This document shows, one piece after another, positions 20,462 through 33,457 of a stretch of DNA of 64,000 nucleotides. Position numbers and translations under genes: made by a program. This DNA comes from an uncultured Hormoscilla sp. (GTDB lineage: Bacteria > Cyanobacteriota > Cyanobacteriia > Cyanobacteriales > Desertifilaceae): the NCBI GenBank assembly GCA_963921275.4, contig OZ001293.3, positions 608,001-672,000 of the forward strand, read 5' to 3'. Position 1 is the stretch's first letter, and each line of letters begins with the position of its first letter. Below the pieces are notes generated by a model that saw only the letters and a program-made list of their open reading frames with translations, did no database searches and was not told the DNA's origin.

Positions 20462-23400
20462 CTATATAGGCTGTGGTCCGGGTATTAGTATGAGAACTCC
20501 AATCCCTATTACCCCTATTACACCAATCCCTATTAGAACTGCCCACTCTGCGGCTGTCAGGGTTCCGGTTTTTGATCCTGCAATAAGGTCTTGAATATAT
20601 TCTGTAAAATCATCAGTAATAGATTCATCGGCTGGCTTTTCTACTGGTTTTGCGACCGGAACTCCTGGTGGGTTACCTCCACACATATCCATGTATTTTT
20701 TCATTTTTTCTTCCAAATTCTTCTCTCGATCTCTCACTATATCTCGATGACCTTCCACACTCTCTCTCGGTTTCCCTCCCGGGCATGTCTCAGGAAGATT
20801 TAGGGGGTTTTCTTCTATCTCCCTTAGACGCTTCTCTATATCTTTCTGAAGATTTTTAATCTTTCTGGCAAGTGCTATGCAATCAGGATGACTTGGATCG
20901 AACCTCCTGACTTCGCCAAATGGATCTATATACTCTATTGGCAAATTTCCCACATAGGCATATAAATTCAACCCTCCTTCCAATCCTATTGGGTCTTCAC
21001 CAATGAAACGCCCTGCTTGGGGATCATAGAATCTTGCCCGGTAGTAGTATAAGCTTGTCTCCTCATCAAATTCCCGACCAGTGAACAAGTAGCGCGTCTC
21101 AAAGTCTGCATCAGTCTCCGAGACTACATTACCAAAAGAATCGTAGGTTATATGGTTTATTACTGTACCGCTATTGTCCGCCAAATCGCGGATGGTTCCC
21201 AGGCGATCTGTCAGATGCCAGATCGCATCGCCACCCACTTCTTCTTGAGCGAGAATTTGATCTACTTCCGGACCCTGTAGGTAACGGATGTCCAAAACTG
21301 GTTCATTGGCACCATCGGAATCGACAAACTCTAGATGCACATCAGACCCATCATAAACAAAGTGAGTAACTAGGGCATTAACTGCATCTTGGGGGTTATT
21401 GTCTACCACCTTGGCAATACGCCGATCGAAAACATCATAGGTATACTCAGCCCGCTGCGTCTCGTTACCTGCTGCATCCTTATCTATTATAGCAACCAAC
21501 CGGTTACGATAATCCCACTCCAACTCCCGCACCACACCGGTAGCGATCGCCGTCCGACGGATTAAATTTCCTTCATTATCATACTCATAATTGAACGTAC
21601 CGTCAGAAAGCAGCCGGTTGCCATCCCCCGTTTCGTAACCTTCACCGTGAATGCTAGAACTGACGCGGTTGCCATTGGCCTCGTAACTGTAGGACTCATC
21701 CGGGTTGTTAGTATCGGTGTGGTCAGATGCCGTCAACTGATCGCGGTTATCGTAGCTATAGTCAGTGACCCCGTCAATATCGGTAATCTTAGTAATGCGG
21801 CTGTCAGCATTGTAGGCGAACCTATAGAATGCCACATCTGCCGTACCGTTGTTGTGGGTTAAACTGGCCAGCCGGTTCATTCCGTCGTAGCCATAGTCAG
21901 TGCCCGTCACCAACTGAGTCCCCGCCAGGTTAACATAGCGATCGATCGCGGTAAACTGACCAATAGCATTATAGCCGAAGTCCACCCGCTTATCCCTAAC
22001 ATTGTTGCCCATCTGGGTGAGTTGGGTGAGACGGTTCAAGGAGGAGAAGCTGTAGGCATTCGTGCCCCCTGCCACCCCATTAATAGTATCTGTCACAGAC
22101 TTGACATTGCCAACACTATCATAGCCGTAGCTGAGAACCACATTAGGTGCTCCTGGAGTGCCAGTATTATCTGACGTCAGGACCCGATCTCGGTTGTCAT
22201 AGGTAAAGGCCAGGGCACTAAACCGGTCTGCCAGCAGATTGCTAGCTTTATCGTAACTGTAGTCGATCGCCTGCTCAGTTCCCACCCAAGTTTCCCCTAT
22301 CAAGCGATCGATCTCATCATAATAGAACTCAGTCCTGCGGCCATTCCCGTCCGTTCGGGCAATCAGGTTATCCACCGCATCATACTCATACTGAACGGTA
22401 TTGCCCAAGGGGTCCGTCTCGCTAATCAAGCGATTCCGGTAATCATAGACAAACGTCGTCTCGTTGTCAACCGGGTCCGTGACTGAGTTCAGGTTATCAT
22501 CTAGATCATAGCCGAACTTCGTGCTGCCACCATCGGGGTCGATCGTCTCGATTAGGCGATCGCGAGGATCGTAGATGTTCCTCGTCTCATTCCCCAGAGG
22601 GTCTACAATCGATACGAGATTGCCCAAAGAGTCATAACTGAAGCTAGTAACCTGACTCAGGGGGTCGAGCGTCTGGGTTAGGCGATCGAGCACGTCATAC
22701 CTGTTCTCAGTCACCTTACCCACAGCATCTGTAGAAGTCAATAGATTTCCCGCCCCATCGTAGGTGAAAGTAGTAACAGGCGCAGTCAGGGGGCCGTCCC
22801 CATCCGGGTCTGCTTCCGTAATCGAGATCGGACGATTCATAACGTCATATGCAAACTCCGTGCGATTGCCATTTTCATCGATAATAACCGTCCGGTTGCC
22901 AGCAGCATCGTATTCAAACCGCTGCGTCGCGGAATCTGTTGTCCCCACGGCAAAGGTAATAGAAGTCAGCAGACCAGAAGCATTATAATCATAATCCGTC
23001 ACCCGGCCCAGGGGGTCCGTGACCCGATCCAGCAGACCCTCCTCCGTGTAGGCGAACCTCCTCACGATATCGTCATCCCCCCCTACTTCTCCGATAACTT
23101 GGGTCGTAGACAACACATTACCATTAGCCGAGTCGATTTCAAACAGCGTTTGCCGTCCCAGTTCGTCAGTGATGCCAGTCAGTTGGTTGAATACCGAATC
23201 GTAGGTAAACTGCCGACCGCGAAGCGTACCCAATTCTGTCCGAGTCCTCTTTTCTTCCACCACCCGGAAGTTGTAATCGATCGTACCATCTGTCCTTTCA
23301 TCACTTAGAATCAGGATATAAGTCCCGTCTACAGGTAGCGTTACTTGAAAATCGCGCCCACCCCTTTCGTCCCTAATCGACCGATCGCCCGGTCCATAGA

Positions 23401-23899
23401 GTAACCACCTACCATTGAAACTGTCCAGGTTATCGAAGAACAATCGTCTATCTGCAGTCCCCACGCTGCGCGAAAAATCGAAACTGTAAAGGTCGCTTTC
23501 CTTGCCCAGACTGCCAGTTATCTCCGTCCCCAGGGTGAGAGTAGCAGCGTCCGCTACATCCAACAACCGGAAGTTATAGTTTCCAATATCTCCGAAGCCT
23601 CCATCCACCACCAAGCGATAAGTTCCTGCTTCCGTTAGGGTAAACAGCCCGGCGTCATAATTCGTATTGGCATACAAGTCGGTGGTCTTTCCACTGGGAC
23701 TGAACAACTGCACGCCTATATTGGAGTTCGTATCCAGACCGTCAAAGTACAGTCGCTGACCCACTGCACCTGTGAATGCGAACTCATCTACTTCCCCTGG
23801 TTCGGCAATCTCACCGGTTATCGTTTCTCCCAAGGTTAAAGCCGTGGTTGTCCTGTCGGGAGTCACCACCTGGAAGCTATAGTCAACCGTACCGTCCAC
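20462..23899 (-). CDS. C-terminal part of the giant Rhs/YD-repeat toxin (PPC-like domains, YD repeats, core, unassigned tip); similarity extends to ~24060
   Basis: Many YD repeats, ETSLYYYRARFYDPQAGRFIGEDPIG, cleavage motif YIDPFG. Confidence 0.92.
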   Translation of the reverse strand: MDGTVDYSFQVVTPDRTTTALTLGETITGEIAEPGEVDEFAFTGAVGQRLYFDGLDTNSNIGVQLFSPSGKTTDLYANTNYDAGLFTLTEAGTYRLVVDGGFGDIGNYNFRLLDVADAATLTLGTEITGSLGKESDLYSFDFSRSVGTADRRLFFDNLDSFNGRWLLYGPGDRSIRDERGGRDFQVTLPVDGTYILILSDERTDGTIDYNFRVVEEKRTRTELGTLRGRQFTYDSVFNQLTGITDELGRQTLFEIDSANGNVLSTTQVIGEVGGDDDIVRRFAYTEEGLLDRVTDPLGRVTDYDYNASGLLTSITFAVGTTDSATQRFEYDAAGNRTVIIDENGNRTEFAYDVMNRPISITEADPDGDGPLTAPVTTFTYDGAGNLLTSTDAVGKVTENRYDVLDRLTQTLDPLSQVTSFSYDSLGNLVSIVDPLGNETRNIYDPRDRLIETIDPDGGSTKFGYDLDDNLNSVTDPVDNETTFVYDYRNRLISETDPLGNTVQYEYDAVDNLIARTDGNGRRTEFYYDEIDRLIGETWVGTEQAIDYSYDKASNLLADRFSALAFTYDNRDRVLTSDNTGTPGAPNVVLSYGYDSVGNVKSVTDTINGVAGGTNAYSFSSLNRLTQLTQMGNNVRDKRVDFGYNAIGQFTAIDRYVNLAGTQLVTGTDYGYDGMNRLASLTHNNGTADVAFYRFAYNADSRITKITDIDGVTDYSYDNRDQLTASDHTDTNNPDESYSYEANGNRVSSSIHGEGYETGDGNRLLSDGTFNYEYDNEGNLIRRTAIATGVVRELEWDYRNRLVAIIDKDAAGNETQRAEYTYDVFDRRIAKVVDNNPQDAVNALVTHFVYDGSDVHLEFVDSDGANEPVLDIRYLQGPEVDQILAQEEVGGDAIWHLTDRLGTIRDLADNSGTVINHITYDSFGNVVSETDADFETRYLFTGREFDEETSLYYYRARFYDPQAGRFIGEDPIGLEGGLNLYAYVGNLPIEYIDPFGEVRRFDPSHPDCIALARKIKNLQKDIEKRLREIEENPLNLPETCPGGKPRESVEGHRDIVRDREKNLEEKMKKYMDMCGGNPPGVPVAKPVEKPADESITDDFTEYIQDLIAGSKTGTLTAAEWAVLIGIGVIGVIGIGVLILIPGPQPI

Positions 23900-24120
23900 C
23901 GTGCTGCCATCTAACAGTAATACATAAGTCCGTCCGTTGGTAGCGTCACATCAGAGTCACTGGACCAACGGATTAACTTATTTCCCGGTCCGTACAGGAA
24001 CCACAAACCCCTCGACGAACTCAGGCGATCGAAGAACAGTTTTTGATCTGCCGTCCCTTTCACGCCCCCTTCAGATAATTACCGATTAGGAGGCGATCGG
24101 CTCTTAGCCAATTGTTTTCC

Positions 24121-24513
24121 TTACAGACAGCGAAAACCGTCTTCTCCTCTTAACTTTTTATCAAAACTTGCTGTTTGGAGGCAACCCGCCTGATGGGCGA
24201 TCGCTTCTATCAAATAATCTGAAAAATCTGCGCGTCCCTCTCTCGTGCGCTGTAATGCTTGATATACAGCAGAATGATTTTCAAATTCAAAGGTGGGACT
24301 GTGCAACATTGCTTCTATAGTTTCGATGATATCTCCTTTACTAAACTTGTAAGGTTCTCCTTTAAGCACCCAAACTAGCTCGCAAAGCACTATATTAGTA
24401 ATAAAGCACTTTTCCCCTGCTTGAATTAATTCAGTAGCTTGTTTCCACTGTTCTTCATCATCGCAGGTGAAGTAGCGAATGAGAATGTTGGTATCAAGTC
24501 CAATCACTTGCAC
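24121..24513 (-). CDS. vapC: VapC/PIN toxin
   Basis: IGLDTNILIR...VLCELVWVL...ADFSDYLI...SFDK. Confidence 0.88.
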   Translation of the reverse strand: MQVIGLDTNILIRYFTCDDEEQWKQATELIQAGEKCFITNIVLCELVWVLKGEPYKFSKGDIIETIEAMLHSPTFEFENHSAVYQALQRTREGRADFSDYLIEAIAHQAGCLQTASFDKKLRGEDGFRCL

Positions 24514-24760
24514 CCTCCATTATTGCCGCTTCCATTTCCTCTATTGTTGCTTTCTGAATACCAGGACGGTGCCGAATTCCAGATAAACTTTCGACGGGGA
24601 CGTTCAGCGGAATGATTTTTACTTGTCCGTCACGATCTATGACAAAATTAATTTTGCTGCCATCTTTCAGTTTGAGGTACTCCCGAATTTCTTTCGGGAT
24701 GGTAATTTCTCCTTTGTTGGTTACTGTCGCGATCTCCATGTTCGAGTCCTCACTCTTCAT
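24494..24760 (-). CDS. AbrB/MazE-family antitoxin
   Basis: ATVTNKGEITIPKEIREYL. Overlaps the vapC start. Confidence 0.88.
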   Translation of the reverse strand: MKSEDSNMEIATVTNKGEITIPKEIREYLKLKDGSKINFVIDRDGQVKIIPLNVPVESLSGIRHRPGIQKATIEEMEAAIMEGASDWT

Positions 24761-24839
24761 AATGCAATTATAACGCAGTTTGGCAACAGGAGCGATCGTC
24801 CGCCCGATCTCCCACCCTTACGCCCGCCCCCCGTATCCC

Positions 24840-25190
24840 TTACTGCATTCTTATCTATTACAGCAACCAACCGGTTGCGATAATCCCACTCCAACTCCCG
24901 CACCACACCGGTAGCGATCGCCGTCCGACGGATTAAATTCCCACCGGGGTCCAGCGTCTCGATCAAACAATCGCGAGAATCGTAGATGTTCTTCGTCTCA
25001 TTCCCCAGGGAGTCTACTGATTGATGTCAGAGCAATGCAGCTCGAACCACGCTCTGTATTGCTCTTCGCTTCACCTATCATTTTTTTCCAATAACTTTGA
25101 AGCGCTTTATTCAGCGTCATTCAACACGTACTTCTTATATTGCTCTTTCATGCATTCTAAAAATGACGTAATCGCTTTTTTTGTTCCCTT
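24840..25190 (-). pseudogene. Patchwork of an immunity C-terminus and two Rhs fragments
   Basis: Matches 17110-17350 and 18775-18875. Confidence 0.75.
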
Positions 25191-25881
25191 GAGTTTACAG
25201 TAAAGAGCGAAGTCCCGTACTGATTTATTAACCGCAGATCCACATTTTGGAATCCAAGCACTAAGCTATCAAAGTACAACTGCTGACCGAAGGTTCCCGT
25301 AAAGCTATACACCTCTGTCTCAAATGCCGATACAGTTGCAGTTACTGTCTCGCCCAGAGTTAATTCTGTTGCATCGCCTTCGAGATCCAAGATTCGGAAA
25401 TTATAGTCTCCTACAGATGAACTACCATCCCCCAGCACCCTTACCGTATAGGTGCCCGATCGCGGGAGGATAAATGGTCTCCGATCAAAGGCAGCATTTT
25501 GGAAGAATAGTCGGGTTTCCGTGGGGTCAATAATCTCTACCCTCACCGGGTCATTGTCACCATCCAGACTATCGAAGTAAAGTTTTCGTCCTGCTGGTGC
25601 CGTGAAAGTAAAGGTCTCCTGCTGTCCTTCTGCAATATCTCCGCTAAATACTCCGTCCAAACCACTCACCGCTACTGGCTCGTCGCTCGTATCTACGAGT
25701 CGGAAGCTATAATTCGTCGTAACGCCCGTGACATTACCATCCAACACCAAGGCATAAATGCCATCTGCTGGCAAGGTTACCTCAAAGTCTCTGACCAGGA
25801 TTCCCCTATTCCGCCACCGATCCCGTCTATATATTTGCCAGTTAGCACTAAAAATCTCGTCATCATTAATGCCATCAACTA
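25190..25881 (-). pseudogene. Middle segment (PPC-like repeats) of the giant Rhs gene
   Basis: ORF 25157-25774 (KLYFDSLD, GTYTVRV, GQQLYFDS) continues the frame that ends at 41928. Confidence 0.8.
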
Positions 25882-26334
25882 GGGCGTGTCATCAGTTAGA
25901 TTAACGATATGGATCCCCACCAAAAATATATAACAAGATGATTGAGTTGACAACCAGGATATATTGGTGTGATCTAAGAGGGTAAAGGTTAGAGCAGGAG
26001 AATTTGAGAAATGCGTCGCTATGCTTTAAGAGATGACCAGTGGGAGAGAATCAGGGACCTATTGCCAGGTCGGGAGGGTTATGTGGGGGGACAGCTAAGG
26101 ATAACCGCTTATTTGTCTATGCTGTCTTGTATCGATCTAGAGCTCTGGGATACCTTGGCGGGACTTACCCGAGCGATTTGGGGACTTGAGGGTAATTCAT
26201 ACGCGCCATAGTAGGTGGTCAAAATCCGGGGTATGGGAAAGAGTATTCAAGGTACTTGCGTCCGATGCCGATAACGAATATGCAATGATTGATGCCACGA
26301 TATAAAGGGCTCATCAACATAGTGCAGGTGCTCA
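25882..26334 (+). mobile_element. IS5-family (IS427-like) element, 3' half deleted
   Basis: GGGCGTGTCATCAGTTA end and MRRYALRDDQWERI. Inverted near-copy of 42372-42823. Confidence 0.9.
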
Positions 26335-26703
26335 TTCAAGAAGCCTTGAAACAGAGTTCGGCCCCCCCACGAGATAACTGCGGTCAACGATGGCGTAGAA
26401 GCAATGGCCTATCTGCGCCAGGAAGAACCCTACAGTGGGGTATGGCGTCCAGACATCATCCTGCTAGACTTGAATTTACCCAGAAAGAATGGTATAGAGG
26501 TACTCACAGAATTAAAAACAGACCCGCAGTTGAAACGTATTCCCGTGTTGGTAATGACAACTTCTAGACACGCAGAAGACATTGCCATCAGCTACGACAT
26601 GCATGCCAATTGCTACATCAACAAATCAAGAAACTTGAACCATTTATTGACAATAGTCAGGAGAATTGAAGAGTTTTGGCTGGACACCGTCACTCTGCCG
26701 TAG
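26331..26703 (+). pseudogene. rcp1: Phytochrome response regulator Rcp1, N-terminus deleted
   Basis: LIQEALK...RPDIILLDLNLPRKNG...HANCYINKS...FWLDTVTLP. Confidence 0.8.
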
Positions 26704-26751
26704 TTGCGCAAACAGGGAAACTGTTAGCATTGAAATGAGAAAGATAATTTT

Positions 26752-29134
<2,383 letters not shown>

Positions 29135-29140
<6 letters not shown>

Positions 29141-30482
29141 ACCAATGGTCAGATGCGGGGTACAGTACTAGTGGCCCGGGATATGACTCACGCTTATGAA
29201 CTCGCCCGGGAATTGTCTTGGCAGGCCAGTCACGACCCCCTGACGGGTTTGGCCAACCGACGGGAATTCGAGCGGTGTTTGCAAGAAGCTGTCACAGATG
29301 CTAAGACCAGAAATCAACTTCACGCCCTCTGCTATCTGGATTTAGATCAATTCAAGATTGTCAACGATACCTGCGGTCATGCCGCTGGCGATCGGCTGTT
29401 GCGCCAGGTGACGGCCCTGTTGCAAAACCAGGTCCGCAAAACGGACATCCTGGCCCGTTTGGGGGGCGATGAATTTGGCCTGCTGCTGTACCAATGCTCC
29501 CTGGAAGAGGGACGAGCAGTGGCAACCCAGCTGCTCGATAGTATTGCGGCTTTTCGGTTTGTGTGGGCAGAGAAAACTTTTACGATTGGGGTCAGCATCG
29601 GTGTAGTAGCGATTGATGCCAAGATGGTAAGCTGTGCGATGGTATTAAGTGCGGCGGATACGGCGATGTATGCGGCTAAGGATGGCGGTCGCAACCGGTA
29701 CATGTCTACCAAACGGACGATCGGGATTTGGCACAGCGGTGCGGAGACATGCAATGGGTGTCGCGGATCGTCCAAGCTCTGGAGGAAAATCGGTTCTGCT
29801 TGTACTCTCAAGTAATTGCTCCGATCCAGGCAGATGCTGGCTATCATCATGAACTGTTGCTGAGGATGTACGATACCGAGGGTCAGCTAGTATTACCGAT
29901 GGCATTTATCCCGGCGGCAGAACGCTATAATCTCATGCCAGCGATCGACAGGTGGGTAGTGCGGACTCTGTTTACTCATTTGTCCTTAACTAAGAACAAA
30001 GGCAAAAATCTCTATGCTGTAAACCTTTCAGGTGTGAGTCTCAACTCCGACCAGTTTTTGGGATTTCTGACGGAGCAGTTTGCACTCCATCAGATAGATC
30101 CCCAGCAGATATGCTTTGAGATTACGGAAACCTCAGCCATTACTAACCTGAACAAAGCCGCTCATTTCATGAGTACATTGAAGGAACTTGGTTGTTGCTT
30201 TGCCTTGGATGATTTCGGCAGTGGCATGTCCTCTCTAGCTTATCTGAAAAATCTGCTGTGGATTATCTGAAGATCGATCGGCACTTTGTCAAGAACATTG
30301 TCTCCGATCCGATTAATGCTGCCATGGTCGAAGCAATTAATCGGATCGGGCATATAATGGGTCTGCAAACCATTGCTGAGGGGGTGGGAAATCAAGCTAC
30401 CCTGGAAAAACTCAAATCCCTGGGAGTTGATTATGCCCAGGGTTACTCAATTGCCAAACCTGCCCCTTGCCTTGTAAGTTAA
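29135..30482 (+). pseudogene. GGDEF-EAL protein, N-terminally truncated, two frameshifts
   Basis: HDPLTGLANR, RLGGDEF, ELLLRM, FEITET, LDDFGSG, IAEGV across three ORFs. Confidence 0.88.
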
Positions 30483-30523
30483 ATAATGTGGTACCTGGGT
30501 ATCCCCTCGCTTGTCCTATCCCC

Positions 30524-32119
30524 TTAAAGGTGGCGGTCTAATTTTAGAGGTTGACGGGGGGCAAGTTTTTTCACTTCCTCTGTCAAGTCTAGCCAAGGCT
30601 GTAATTGTCCCAGTTGGAAGGTGCGACTCATGACTACATATATGGATGTCTGGTCGCCACCGATACCTGCTGCCTGTACGGGCTGCCACGATTTGGTTTG
30701 CAATTCATCTGTTACCTGCCACTGGTGATTTTGCCATCGCAGCCGCCGGGAAAAATAGAAGGGCGCATCTTGTTTGCCTGTAATGAGCATTTTTTGCAGG
30801 AGTTTGCGAATTAAGTTGGGAAAGAACCGTCCGAATGTTAACATTACTACCCGCAGGATTAATAAGTTGACTGGGGTCATCTGCTTTTGTTTGGCCCACC
30901 CTAGTTGACCCATAATGGTGATTTCCTCGGCACTTACTTGCACGTCGTAGTTATCGATCAGGTGACCGACGGCATTCTTTAGTTTACCTCCCGATCGCAC
31001 TTGCAGGGAGAACTGGGTATCTGAAGCCACCAGCTTCTGGTCGCGAAACAGCTTGAACGCGCCGCCTTTATTCAGGGCGATATAGAGTTCCACATTTTCA
31101 CGCCTGTCAATCAGTATTTGGGCTGACTTGAGCCATATTCTGCCGGACCTGTGCGGGACTGCTAGGGGGGTGCGATCAACAAAATCTCGCCAGGTCAGGA
31201 GATAATTCCAGGTATGATGTCCGATGATATGGTCGTCAGCATAGCATGGTGCCAAACCTCGTGCAAGTCCCTGCAGGAAACAGTCATTAATGCGTAAGGC
31301 CCCTGGCAGCCATTGCCCGATCAATTCAAAGCCGTGAGGGAAGAAATTATAGGTGTTGCGACTGGTATACTCGCCGCCGTAGGAACCGTCGGGATGCAGG
31401 AAATGGGCTGCTAGTTCGACTGCTTTCTTGAGGGCTTCTTTGAGTCTATTATTATCTGGTTGGAGTTGGTAAATTCTTGCTAAACATGATATAGTCAGGG
31501 TATGATAGCCTGGGTCGCAGCCTTCGTATTCGGGAAACCAACCTTCTTCATCTTGCCAATCTAACACTTGTTCTAAGCGTAGGGCTTTGGCTCTGTCCCA
31601 GCGGGGAGTACATAACATCTGACTGAGTATTTCCAGACAGAGGACTATGAGGGCTTGGTGATTGGTCAGGCGTCCGCTTTCCTGGTGATGGGCCAGCCAA
31701 GATGCCCGCAGTTCAAAGAATCTGAGAATTTCTGGGTTGTCTAATCCTAACATCGAGTAACTTTCGATACATGCTAGCAGGGAAAAAGCCGCTGCACCAC
31801 CGGCCCGTTCAAAGGGAAAATAATCGTCGCAGGAACCGTCTTTATGGGCGGTTTTGGCGGCAAAGAGGATTCCTGCTTCTACCCAATCTCGGATGGCGGC
31901 TTGTTGGTAAAATGGATTGCTGGGAATGTTAGTGTAGTACGCCAGGGCCAGGGGATAGACGAACTCTTGGGTCATGCCGCTGGGAAAGTCGATAATCTTG
32001 TATTGCCAAAAGTTGCGATCGCAGCATCCGTAGGTGGGACTGTGGGGGTTGCGATCGCACAAAGTCAGGATTTTGGGAATTTGCGCTAGGGCCTCTTTGG
32101 CAAATAGGTCTCCATTCAT
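30524..32119 (-). CDS. Conserved hypothetical protein, possible alpha/alpha-toroid glycan-related enzyme
   Basis: Intact 531-aa ORF with QDEEGWFPEYEGCDPGYHT and HPDGSYGGEY motifs. Function not established. Confidence 0.6.
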   Translation of the reverse strand: MNGDLFAKEALAQIPKILTLCDRNPHSPTYGCCDRNFWQYKIIDFPSGMTQEFVYPLALAYYTNIPSNPFYQQAAIRDWVEAGILFAAKTAHKDGSCDDYFPFERAGGAAAFSLLACIESYSMLGLDNPEILRFFELRASWLAHHQESGRLTNHQALIVLCLEILSQMLCTPRWDRAKALRLEQVLDWQDEEGWFPEYEGCDPGYHTLTISCLARIYQLQPDNNRLKEALKKAVELAAHFLHPDGSYGGEYTSRNTYNFFPHGFELIGQWLPGALRINDCFLQGLARGLAPCYADDHIIGHHTWNYLLTWRDFVDRTPLAVPHRSGRIWLKSAQILIDRRENVELYIALNKGGAFKLFRDQKLVASDTQFSLQVRSGGKLKNAVGHLIDNYDVQVSAEEITIMGQLGWAKQKQMTPVNLLILRVVMLTFGRFFPNLIRKLLQKMLITGKQDAPFYFSRRLRWQNHQWQVTDELQTKSWQPVQAAGIGGDQTSIYVVMSRTFQLGQLQPWLDLTEEVKKLAPRQPLKLDRHL

Positions 32120-32166
32120 ATTGCGAATTGTAAATTGTGAATTGCGAATTGCGAATTGAGCCGTAG

Positions 32167-33259
32167 CCGTTCGTAGTAATTAGGGGTCGAGCTGGGAATC
32201 GCTTCCCAACCCTCCCTTTCGAACCGTGCATGCGGTTTTCATCGCACACGGCTACTGGTTAGTTGGACCTTGTCATTGGCAGGATTACTGGGGATTGCTC
32301 CCTTTGTCCCTCTTCTTATGCAGTTTTTCCCCTTTATGGTAGTCGATAGGACTGTTTCGTATCTAGCTCCGGAAGGTTCGCGGGGGGTATCCAGGAAACC
32401 ACTTATACCGCTCTTTGCTAACATTGCCCCTGTCTCGTCATTAGGGGACTTTTCAAGTTTTACCCGGCTAGAGTTTTAGTCCATATTACAATCTAGGATT
32501 TCTCCTGATTTTTGGTACGTATTAGGGATACTTCCACCCAAGATTTCCAACTATATCCGACCCACGTCTGCCGGTACATTCCTGCACCACTTATACAAGG
32601 AGTTACCCCTGTCCTTTGCTTCTTGGGCCATCTCTCTCCACATGGCTTACGCTTATCATCTAACTGGTCCCTATCTCCTGACCACCGGTCGATAGTCGAG
32701 TAGTTATGGACAGCACACGTGGAGTTACTTCGTTCCCTGGTATCATTTCACGATGTTTTTAGGTCCCTGCTTTACCCCGGGAGCTACTTTGAGTGTGATG
32801 TTGGCCATATGCAACAGCCAACACTAGCTACCATTTCCTTTTTAGGCCAGCGTGTAAGCCTTCTTCCGCTGGTTACACATAACGAGGCTTTCACAGATTC
32901 GTTTTCCTAACCATGAGCATCTTTCCTAGCGGAGTTGCCGACTTTGGGCTGTCAGCTATCCTACATTTAAGTCCTTGCTCCGCACCACGGTGATGTCACT
33001 CCGCAGCACTAAGGACCGGTGTCACCCCCACACCTGGGGAGAGGGAATTTAACCCCCATGATGACCAGAGTTACCATATTGAGCCTGATTATGATTAGTT
33101 TTGGTTCTAAACATTCAGTCCAATTTTGGCTCGGCTTTTCCGTGTTTGTACAGGTTAGGCCGAAACGAGTCGCACAACACTTTAGTGTTTATCTCCGTTC
33201 GTAGTAAACACTTTAGTGTTTATCTCCGTTCGTAGTAAACACTAAAGTGTTTATCTCCG
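32167..33259. repeat. 31-bp tandem palindromic repeat (CCGTTCGTAGTAAACACTTTAGTGTTTATCT, ~3 units) split by an intron; single copy at ~58507
   Basis: Half unit 32167-32178 plus units at 33176-33259. Confidence 0.8.
32179..33175 (-). mobile_element. ORF-less group IIB intron (997 nt)
   Basis: 5' GTGCGACTCG at 33175, DV AGCCGTGTGCGATGAAAACCGCATGCACGGTT, end CTCGACCCCTAAT. Confidence 0.9.
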
Positions 33260-33457
33260 GGGGCGGTATTATGGCTAACCTGTAGGAATTGATATCATAT
33301 TTGTACCATATTCTGTCTCATAGGAACCCAACGGACGGGCGATCGTCCACTGCGCCTCCCCGAGTAAGGCCCGTGTTAAGTTACACCAGAGGCTCTGCCT
33401 CTAGATGTGCGTTCCCTGCCTTCCTCAGGGAACGAGAGAAGTCCCTTACAATTGACA

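Noticed and set aside
32121..32160. Heptamer tracts (TGCGAAT here; also ~9237, 45086, 49368, 53135, 59028)
   Set aside because: Ordinary short tandemly repeated sequences of filamentous cyanobacteria.
33176..33260. CRISPR-like palindromic 31-bp repeats
   Set aside because: Units are contiguous with no spacers, and no cas genes are present.
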